NCBI GenBank assembly: GCA_016748015.1
Contig: JAAOMT010000494.1
Location: forward strand, 426,190-490,189
Direction: 5' to 3'
Length of the DNA stretch: 64,000 nucleotides
Source: Geosiphon pyriformis uo1
Lineage: Eukaryota; Fungi; Glomeromycota
Shown here: piece by piece, positions 1 to 9,900 of the stretch
How the letters are laid out: each line of letters begins with the position of its first letter
How positions within the stretch are numbered: position 1 is the first letter of the stretch
Position numbers and translations under genes: made by a program
Notes under the pieces: model-generated
The model's database searches: none
What the model saw: the letters and a program-made list of their open reading frames with translations, nothing else
What the model was told of the DNA's origin: nothing

Positions 1-1380
1 AACATACAAAAATATCAACAATTGCAACATTATATAAACACTGAACAGTTCAAGGAGAATTTATCTCAAATGGAACAAAAGAGTATTAAACAACAATCAA
101 AATATTTTATCACTCACTGAAATATACTTTATCAGAAAAATAGAAGGGACCCAGATTAACCAACCAGAGTAATTATGGAGCCAGAAAAAGAGACAATATT
201 ATTCAACATGTACTCAAATCCAACAGCAAGACATTTTCACAAAGAAGCAACTATGAAAAGAACCAGAAAGAGATACTATTGGCCATTAATATACCCAGAC
301 ATCATTTAATATGTTCAAAATTGTGATGCTTGTCAGCGAAGAGAAGGAACAAGACCCAGTAAACCATTAAGACCAATCAAAGTGAGACAACCATTTGACC
401 GTATTGGAATTGATTTAGTTGGACCATTAACAATCACCAGCAGAGGAAACAGATACATAGCAGTAGCTATGGACTATCTCACTAAATGGCCAGAGGCAAA
501 AGCAATTCAAAAAGCAGATGCAGAATCCGTTGCCGAATTCGTTCATCAGGATTTAATTTGTCGACATGAATGTCCAAAAAAATTATTATTAGACCAGGGA
601 ACTCATTTTGTGAACAGAACATTAACAAAATTGAGCCAAAGATTCGGAATCAAGAAACCATCATCATCATCATACCATCCACAAACCAATGGATTAGTAG
701 AAAGATTCAATAGAACACTGTGTGAAGCAATAGCTAAGCTCAGCCAAAAAAACCAGAATGATTAAGATTTGTTTATATCATCAATACTATTTGCTTATCG
801 AACAATGAAACAAGATACTACACAAACAACACCATTTGAATTAGTATACCGGAGAACAGCAACATTACTAGTAGAGAGAGAAATTAAGACATATTCAGCT
901 GAACCAATAACAGAAAAAAATTTTCAAGAAACATTGCTAAGAAGAACATATGACTTAATGGAAACATTAGAAAACAAACAAAAAAAAGCAGCTGATAATA
1001 TTCAAAAGTCACAAAAAAAACAGAAAAAAAGACATGATAGTCAACTATCAGACAAACCAGTTGAATTCAAGATTGGAGACAAAGTATTACTACATTATAC
1101 CAAAGTGGAAAAACAAAGGAGCAAAAAATTTGACTCCAAATAGGATGGACCATTTCACATAGAAGAAATTCTAGAAAATAGAGCTTACAAATTAAGATTG
1201 GATAACAAAGTTTTAACCAAAGCAGCACATGGAGATTAACTGAAACCATACCACCATATAGCATCATCATCCACCAGTAATATTCCACAATTAGGAGTAC
1301 AGAGAATACTAGTCCGATCAGATGAGATTTCACAAGATCTGGAACCAATTGTTATTATTAACAACAACACATTAAATTGA
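1..1380 (+). pseudogene. Integrase of A1 (HHCC zinc finger, DDE core, GPF-type C-terminal region); several in-frame stops
   Basis: A single frame contains RYYWP...CDACQR, ORFs 382-765 and 769-1143 and DGPFHIEEIL, ending at TGA 1378-1380. Confidence 0.92.
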
Positions 1381-1404
1381 TCAATCAAAAAAATATATAA
1401 AGAC

Positions 1405-2064
1405 ATGGTAGACGTGACAGGAAATATCAAAAAAATGGAAATTACAGACAACATTCACACACTAGCACAACAACTCTTTTAATTAATCCAACACTAGAAA
1501 ATGGAAATTACAATCAATCAACAAACCATTTGATATCAAGATACTAGAAAGACATTACAACTCAGAACACTGAAGAAAACTGAAAATATGGTAGACAAAA
1601 TTATGGCAAAAGTAAAATTAACAATAAAAAAATTGACAAAAGAGGCACTATATCAAGAGTTGACTAAAGAAACTTGGAATTAGTAGATACAACAATTTCC
1701 ACAAAACTATTGTTATTTTTACTTGGGACAACACGTAAATATCTAGAATCTATATATGGATAAAACAAAGCGATTATTCGATAAAAAAATACTACAACAA
1801 TTAGAACATTTTGTGAGAAAAAACAACTTATCCACACAAGCCCAAGCCATATACTGAATACACACAGCATTTCAGAATAAACCAGAAATATTGCTCAACA
1901 AAGCAATGGATATGGTTACCAGTAATCAATTGGGAAAAATCACCAATGCTCAATTTGAAGAATTACAGACCCAAATAACACAAGTAATTTTCGAAAACAA
2001 AATCCAGGAAATACTTTAAGAGGGGAAATTACATGAGTTGGATTTTGACGGAGCTCAATATTAA
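1405..2064 (+). pseudogene. Extra ~219-codon ORF (ORF3) between integrase and 3' LTR, function unknown
   Basis: ATG 1405 to TAA 2064 in one frame (MVDVTGNIKKMEI...ELDFDGAQY*). Internal stops are explainable by transitions. Homologous to 14356-15016 with many synonymous differences. Confidence 0.8.
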
Positions 2065-2077
2065 AAGGAGGGAATAA
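2063..2077 (+). other. Polypurine tract (plus-strand primer site) of A1
   Basis: AAAAGGAGGGAATAA immediately before the LTR TG; equivalent tract at 15015-15029. Confidence 0.85.
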
Positions 2078-2920
2078 TGTTACTCATAGAAATATAGAAA
2101 ATATATTAGTGTAATTATTAGCCAATCAGAAGTAAGCATAGTAAATATGAAATTCCAGGATTTCTTTCAGGAATTGCAGGATTCCAGGAATTTCAGGATT
2201 CCCTGACGAGGAATTGCAGGATTCCAGAATTCCAGAATTCCTCTTAAAAGAATTACGGAATTCCTGTTGTGAAGAATCAAGGAATTGAGGAATTCCAATT
2301 ATGTATATATAGTGGTAGTATTAGAAACAGAAAAGACAGAATCGATACCACAGAATCCTTAACCAAGAAACAAAATTATTAAATAAATAATTATTTTATA
2401 TCTCAATCCACTCTCCACTATCAACACTTCATGTTGATAGTAATTGATACTTAACCACATTGGAACAATAGTTCTTGATCATGGCTATTGACAGAATACT
2501 AATCTGCCAAACTGCCTGGGCTTATTTCTTTTTTTTTTCTTTTTTTTTCTTTTTTTTTATTTTATTTTCTTTTGTTGTTTACTAATTGAGAAAAAAGATT
2601 AAGCATTGAGTTATTAATGTCAAGGATAGTCTGATAAAAAACTCAGAAATAAGAGTAAGATTTTATATATTATCAGATAGCTTACTAGAAGGGCACAACT
2701 GTCAGACTAAATCTGGCCACCACACTGAAAAAGAAATTGGGAAAACTCTTGGAAAGATACATCTACTATTAACACTATTGAATTTCTGTCTATTATACAA
2801 AAGATTCCATCAAAACCTTTAGACACAACACCTTCAGAATATCATCAACGAAAGTAGCTTTTGAGCACCAAGTTACAGATTTGTTATTTAATTCAACAAC
2901 AAAAACAATCCCTTGTAACA
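2078..2920 (+). repeat. 3' LTR of A1
   Basis: Begins TGTTAC and ends GTAACA. Homologous to LTRs at 6015, 15030 and 52537 in U3/R and at the end of U5. Confidence 0.93.
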
Positions 2921-5900
2921 TTGCTAAAACAATTGATTACATGTTTATTTTATCTAATTTGATTGGTGCGGTAGTAGATCATGATGTGACTGCTGTCAAT
3001 AACTATTTTGATACTAATCATAAGGCTGTTTCTGTATCCATGGGTCTTGGTGGTTTGCTAGATGTACAACTGAACTCTTTGCATAAATAGGCAAATAAAG
3101 ATCATTGGAAATATAATTTTATGAGTGCTGATAGTGCTAAGTAAATCAAATTTAAAAAAGATATGGCTGCAAATACTGCCATGTTTTGTGATAAGTTTGG
3201 TGCTGCTGGGAAGAGTTCGGATTTGGACTCGATATGGAATACTCTTCGCCAAGTAGTGTGCTTGTCAGCAGAAAGTGTTTTTAAGAAGAAATGATTTAAG
3301 GACTATGACAGTGTCTTTAATAGGGCATCCTCCAGATTTCACAAATTAGAACTTTTGGTGTCAAGGATTGTTAAGGCCTTACGTCTGGTTTCTTATGATG
3401 AGTTTGTTTCCCTACTTAACTTATGGAGCAGTCTTGATTCTACCAATGCCTCTGTTGTTAGATTTCTTTTTCTTTCGGGTTCTCATTTTGATGCCATTTG
3501 GTCAGTTTTGGCCAAAATCAAAAAATCTTACCATTCATCTAAGTTGTCAGAATCAGGCCATGCTAGAGAATCTCAGATCAAGTTGGCAATTGACAGAAAA
3601 ATGGAGAGCTTTGAATTAAACAAGAGTCATACTATTAAGAGTGTTTTGAAACACCCTTTCCGCAAAGTGGTTTTAGACCATTTGGTGGTGGGTGATGAGC
3701 TGATTTTGGAGTCTAATCTTGTGAAATCTAAGGTGAATGTGATTATGGAGGGTTAGACTTGATTACATCAGGTGGTCATTGATGTCTCTAGTAATTGGAA
3801 TTATCAATATCAATCTTTGAATTATGTTTTTGATGAAGCCTTTTCTGGAGTAATGAGTTCAATTAGTTTTAATGAGTTGTTCAGGGTGGTTTCTGGTCTG
3901 CCTGATGGCAAAGCTGCTGGTCTTTCTAGAATTTCAAATGAACTCTAAAAGCATTGTGATAGATCTGTTTTGGATATGCTTTTGGTGTTTTTAAATTCTT
4001 GTTTGTCGTGTAAATCAGTGCCTTGCTCCTGGAAGGAGGCGTGGGTCTCAATAATCCCTAAACCATATGAGTAGAAGGGTGTACTAACAAATATGCATTC
4101 TATTGCTTTGATTGAAACAGCTTGTAAGATTTTTTCCAAGATTCTCTCTGATTGGATTTTGTTGGCATGCAGCACATTCGATATTCTTCACAGTGACAAC
4201 TTTTTAGTCTTGAAGAATACATCTACCCAGTCTCCCATTTTTGCAGTTGGTTCTATTATTGAAGATGCTCTGGAAAAGAACCATGAGCTCTGGCTTATTT
4301 TACAGGACATGAAGAAGGTGTATAACTCAGTTGGCTGGAAGCATCTCAGTAAATATTTGGTTAGGATTAAAATGTGTGACAAGTTCATTCGGTTTTTTGG
4401 TGGTATTCATCGGGATTACACCAATCGAGTTATAACAGATTTTGGGCTGACAAGTGGTTATCATGTGCATGATGGTTTGAACCAAGGGGAAGTCTTTTCT
4501 TCTCTTTTGTGGTGCATATTTTATGATTCTTTCTTGTGCAAAGTCAAGTGACAGGCGAGTGTGTATGAGTACAGACTGAATTCTTATTTTATTTCCAAAA
4601 ATGGTTGTGCTAAGTCTCAGGTTAGATTTTTTATGTTTTTTGCTGCTGGTGCCTTTGTTGATGATACAATTTGGGTTAGTAACAGTCTAAGGGCTACTCA
4701 ACATATTCTCAATGTTGCTAGTGAATTTTTTCGAATCAATGACATTTTAATTAACAATGACAAGACAATGATCATCCCTATTAATAGTAGAGTTAGCAAT
4801 TTTTCTCTTTTTATCAGTGGTTCACCTATTTTTATTGCCAGGAAGGAAGAGTCTCATTGATATTTGGGTATTTTTTTTTCAACTGAGGGCCTATCAAAAT
4901 CTAGTTTGGTTAAAGCCTATTCGAACATTTGTTTTTTTACCAATCTGGTTCTGAGAAAGACTATTACAGATAAGCAGCTCTTGTATTTAGTTTCAGCGGT
5001 TTTCTATTCTATAGTCGGTTATAGGACCCAGTTTAGTTTTGTTCCTGTTGGTGTGTACAACAAATGGGATGTCATGATTCACAAGGCCTTAAAACTCAAA
5101 TCTGGTCTGCCACTCAATTTTCCTGGTGATACAATTCACCACCCTTCCTTTTATGGTCTAAAGTCCTTTTTGCAGGTTCAATCCAAGGCCAAGATTGCCT
5201 CTCTCATTAGTTTTGTGAACTCCAGTGGTATTTTGGGACACTTATTTTCTCACAGATCTTATGACTTACAAGTTTTGTGTTGGCACCCTGTCCACCCATT
5301 GAGTTGTCCAGTTTGTATTTGTGTCAGTGCTTTTAATAACTTTCTGACTGGCCTGATTTATGTACTCTTTGATTGCAATTTGTCTTTGGATGACTCCTTA
5401 GCCAATGCATTTCATTTTATTGGTAGGGTGCTCATGTCAGCTGTTCTTGGCAAGTTGAGATTTTTTAAGTTTCTCCCATCTCTCCAGCATTATGGTATAG
5501 CTTTCATTAATCAGCTTTGTAATCATCATGGTTTTGTTTTTAGTTGGTACACATTTAAGTGGTGAAAGAGGTTGGACCCTTATGGACTCATCCCCAATTG
5601 GTTTAGGCTTTCTGCTGCATTTCTCGATGGCGTAACTTCTTCTTCTGATCCTTCTTCAGTTTCAAATGATGTTGGTCCTTTGAGTATTCTTGGTTCTGGC
5701 AAATTTTTGTCTGTTTGTGATCATCTCTCATATGTTGAAACTGGTTGTTTATCTGTCTACATGGATAGATCTTTGAGAAATTTGGATACGGTCGGCTATA
5801 AAGCTGGCACTGCTGCCTTTTTTGAGGATGTTGGTCTGGGTTTGGGCGTTGGCATTTTGGGTTTGATGTCATCCACTCTGGCCGAGCTACAAGTCATTGC

Positions 5901-6014
5901 TTTGGCCCTAGAATGCATCCCCCCTTCTAGTTTAGTTCACTTGTTTTCAGACAGTCAATCTGTCTTAAATGTGTACAAGTTGGAATTGGGTCTTTTGCAT
6001 CTTGATTTTTGCAG
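2921..6014 (+). mobile_element. LINE copy 1, middle segment (end of APE endonuclease, RT, start of RNase H), decayed
   Basis: KTIDYMF, DTNHKAV, QGEVFSSLLW, AFVDDTIW, STLAELQVIALAL and SDSQ; interrupted by A2 at 6015. Confidence 0.93.
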
Positions 6015-6063
6015 TGTTACTCATAGAATATAGAAAATATAGTATTATTAGTCAGTAAATATT

Positions 6064-6350
6064 AGCCAATCAGATATAGACATAGTAAATGTGGAATTCC
6101 AAGATTCTTTTTAAAGGAATTGCAGGATTTCAGGAATTTCAGGATTCTCTAACAAGGAATTGCAGAATTCCAGAATTTCAGGATTCTTCTCATTAGGAAT
6201 TGCAGAATTCCAGGAATTCCAGGATTTCTGTCACAAGAATTGAGGAATTGAGAAATCTCAAATATGTATATATAACAGTAGCGTTAGAAACAGAAAAGAC
6301 AGAATTGACACTAAGCATTCTTAGCTTAGTTACCACAATCCTCAAATAAA
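6064..6350 (+). promoter_or_regulatory. LTR promoter: CCAAT box, GGAATT/GGATTCC repeat array, TATA box, AATAAA
   Basis: AGCCAATCAG at 6064, TATATATAA at 6267-6275 and AATAAA at 6345-6350; same order in all four family A LTRs. Confidence 0.65.
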
Positions 6351-6529
6351 TAATTATTCACTATATCCAATTTATTCTTTACTATCAATACTTCATGTTG
6401 ATAGTAACTGATACTTAACTATACTGGAACAATAGCTCTTGATCATGGCTATTGATGGGATACTAACTTGCAAATTGTCTTGGCTTATTTCTTATTTTCT
6501 TTGTTGTCTACTAACTTGATTAAAGGATT

Positions 6530-6650
6530 TACTCTTGAAGGACTTATGGAGGAATAAAACTTACTTAAAAGTACTTACTCTTGGAGGACTTACAGAGGAA
6601 TAAACTTGCTTAAAACCATACTTACTCTTGGAGGACTTATGGAAGAACTG
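6530..6650 (+). repeat. Three ~40-45 bp tandem units in U5 of the A2 LTRs
   Basis: TACTCTTG(G/A)AGGACTTA(T/C)(G/A)GA(G/A)GAA recurs three times here and at ~15566-15685; absent from the A1 and A3 LTRs. Confidence 0.8.
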
Positions 6651-6921
6651 ACATCAGGAAACAGTACTGGTATATACTTATGGAGGATATTATACCAGGA
6701 GAATCATCAACTATCAAGCTGAGCAAACAATCAACGAAACTACAGTTTCAGGAAACTACTAATAAACTGTTACCATTGAATCTCTGTCCATTATACAAAG
6801 AACTCAATTGGAAAACCTTCAGATAAAATACCTTCAGATTATTATTGTCACTAATCGCTTTGAGCACCAAGTTATGAATTTGTTATTTGATTTGAGACCT
6901 CAAAGAATCACCTGTAATATT

Positions 6922-6938
6922 TGGTGCTCCCTGTGAGG
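6922..6938 (+). other. Primer-binding site of A2
   Basis: TGGTGCTCCCTGTGAGG two bases after the LTR. Complementary to a tRNA ending GGAGCA-CCA (elongator Met, Ile-UAU or Thr type; not resolvable by eye). Confidence 0.85.
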
Positions 6939-6951
6939 TATAATTCTACAG

Positions 6952-9900
6952 AGAACTAGTACCAACAAGAACAAACCAAAAGTAGCAGAATCAGAAAATA
7001 TAGGAGCAAACCATTTAGGATTTGTAAAATCCTTGTTTCAACAATACAGCCAACAATTAGGATTAAACAGTAATCATTACCCAGCCAAATTAGCCTTCAA
7101 CTTCTATGTCAATGACAAAATCACTGAATGTTTAAGAGGAACAGTTAACATTAAAGCAGCAAGAGAAAATTTCTATATAGAATTATTTCAATACACCAGC
7201 TTACCAAGAAATCACAGTTTCACCCTAATCATCAGAGAAATTAATCAAACCATTAAAAGATATGTGCAACAACAATTTTCTATTACTTATGTAGACAAAG
7301 GTAAAGGAAGATTACAAACACCAGCAGTAATGCCTAAAGGGATACAACTACCAACTTGAAAGAAACAAAGAATTGAATCTTTATCATATCTATTATATCA
7401 TCACACACTCGGAAGCACTATCAATATTTCATCTACAGATGCGTCTACACCAAACGCGACATCAATATTTGGACGATTCCCATTCCAAAGTAAACAAAAG
7501 AAAGCAGAGTTATTAGGACCATACGGCAAATATTTCGAGGGATTTAAATTACGATCACCAACACCATCAAGAATTCGATCACCACCACCTCCACCAGATT
7601 TTGGAATCTCTGATCCATGGAAGGTAACGGAATCAGAAGAAGAGAAAGAAGAAGAAACTGAGGATCAAGAATTCACTTACCAGAACCTAATCACTGAAAA
7701 CCCGGAATTGAGACCCCAAATCTTCAGAACCAGCAAAATTTAAATTCAGTAAATTTGAAAGTTGAAACTCTGAATATTCAAACACTGCCAACTCAGGCTA
7801 ATTGAAACTCCAATCTAATTAATCAACCAAACTTACCTCTGGTAATCATTATCAATCAATCACCAATTGATCTAATAGCTGAACCCATACAGCAGCCACT
7901 TCAATTACCACTTCAACAAAATCAACAACCACTTCAACAGCCACCACAACCACCCAACTTAGATCCAATGGCCTATGCACCAATTGCAAAACTGGATAAT
8001 TTCACCAGCAAAGAGAATGACACTCAAGTATGGCTGAACAATATGAAAAAAGCCATCACAGCCAATGGATGGAATGATGCCTGAGAAATGCAAGCCATTC
8101 CTTACTTTCTCAAAGATACTGCCAATTCATGGTATTAGAGCTTGATCAATAAACCACAAGACTTCAATGCCTTCAAAGTGGAATTTTTAAGATACTTTAG
8201 CAACAATAACAGTATCAACTGCCTAGTCAATACATTCACTATCATGAAGCAAGGAGAAACTGAAGCAGTCACTACTTACCTGAGATACTTCCATAGAAAT
8301 CTGCACCAGATCCAGGCAATTGATGCCAACTATTTTACAGTGCCACAAATCCTCAACCAGTTTATCTGTGGCTTGCACAGCAGCATCTTGCAACATGTAC
8401 ACCCATTGCATCCAGGCATCCTTCAAGATACAGTTACACATGCCAGAGATTTTGAATCAGCTGAGTCCGAGGCCAATCATGCCCAAGCTGTTAATCTAGT
8501 AATGAATAGATCATCTGAATTGGAGTCCAAATTGAAACAATTCAATAATTCAATTAATCAGAAATTAGAAGGATACTTAACTGACAATCACGCAATTTAT
8601 CAACCACTCCAATGATGCAGCAATCCAAGAAACTACAATTATTCTTAAAATCAAATGCATTCCTCAACATCGGCCAATCAGCAGTGGTAGCCAGAAATAC
8701 ATGTCTGCCACAACTGTGGTAAACAAGAACATATTAGAGCAAATTGCAATGTTTATAACCATCAGCAATTAGGAAATCAATACAGAAACCCTAATCGCCA
8801 ATTTCAAACTCCGAGATATCAACAAAATCAGGAACAATATCAAAACACTTACCTGCCAATGACGCAGCAGCCAATTTACCAAGCACCAGTATATCAGACT
8901 CCAGTTTATTAACACAACCACCAGCAATATATCAACCACAGCCACAAGTAATCTATCAACTCCAATCAATTTAAACACTGTCTCAGAATTCAGTTAATAT
9001 GACATCAAGCCACCCCAGACCTAGAATCACACAAAACTAAAGATTGGCAATGGTTGTCCACCAACTGATCCCCAGTTCTTCCAACTCACTATCAGGATTG
9101 CATTCTCAGAATTCAGGTACCAATGCCACCTAAAACCTGAATTTCCAGAACTATTTAAGTCTTCTGATTATCTCAGAAAATGCCACCACCAACAATTCGG
9201 GATCCAACCAACAACAAGCACTTATCAACAACATTCCACCAGCAACTGTCACCAATGATAAATCACTCATGGCCATCTTTCCTTTTGACTTGAAAGAAAC
9301 AATCGAAATTCTATTATTCAGTAGAGCAGCTTTGGAAGAGAAGCCAATCACCACCATGTATACAGATGCCAAAATCAATGGCCATGCCATCAAACTGATC
9401 TTGGATAATAAATCAGCTGGCAGCATCATAACAAGACAACTCATGGATCAATTAGATCATTGAGTTGACCGAACTGCCAGTGCAAGGATCATCACAGCTG
9501 ATAGAGTGATCAAAACTCCAATAGGTAAAATAGACAACCTATCTATCGAAATTAATAGCATCATGGTACTTATCAAAGTCTTTGTGATGGAAGCCACTCA
9601 GTACCAAGCTCTTGTTGGAAATAATTAGCTATCCAAAACAAATGCTATACTCGATTGAATGGCACAAGAGCTCCAACTGAGCCAAAATGGTCAGCATACT
9701 CAAACACCAGCCACTTGTGGTCACTTTAAGCCAAGCAATGCCCAACTGCTCATTGAGTTCAAGGAAAAAACAAAGAAACTAACCTGAGAAGCATATCAGG
9801 TTTTATGGGCTGATATCAATCACAATAAACTGCTGCCCATACTTGCCTAGAATAAAAATGACCATGGAAAAGGAAAGCAGAAAGAAGAACATACTTGGGA

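Larger units (their letters stand above)
1..2920 (+). mobile_element. Ty3/Gypsy LTR retrotransposon family A, copy A1 (3' part only: integrase, extra ORF, PPT, 3' LTR), inserted in a LINE endonuclease region
   Basis: Integrase motifs GIDLVGPL, DYLTKWPEA and YHPQTNGLVERFN. Purine tract followed by a TGTTAC...GTAACA LTR. Colinear with 12953-15956. LINE coding sequence (AKTIDYMF) resumes at 2921. Confidence 0.95.
6015..6919 (+). repeat. 5' LTR of A2
   Basis: TGTTACTC...CCTGTAATA (terminal CA mutated to TA); direct repeat of 15030-15956. Confidence 0.95.

Noticed and set aside
6090-6650. Repeat arrays resembling CRISPR
   Set aside because: No unique spacers; they are internal to eukaryotic LTRs.
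6680-6942. Partly open frames running through U5 and the PBS into gag
   Set aside because: Frame is not preserved among A1, A2 and A3 upstream of the last ~60 bp, and there are stops. Kept only as an alternative to the splicing model.
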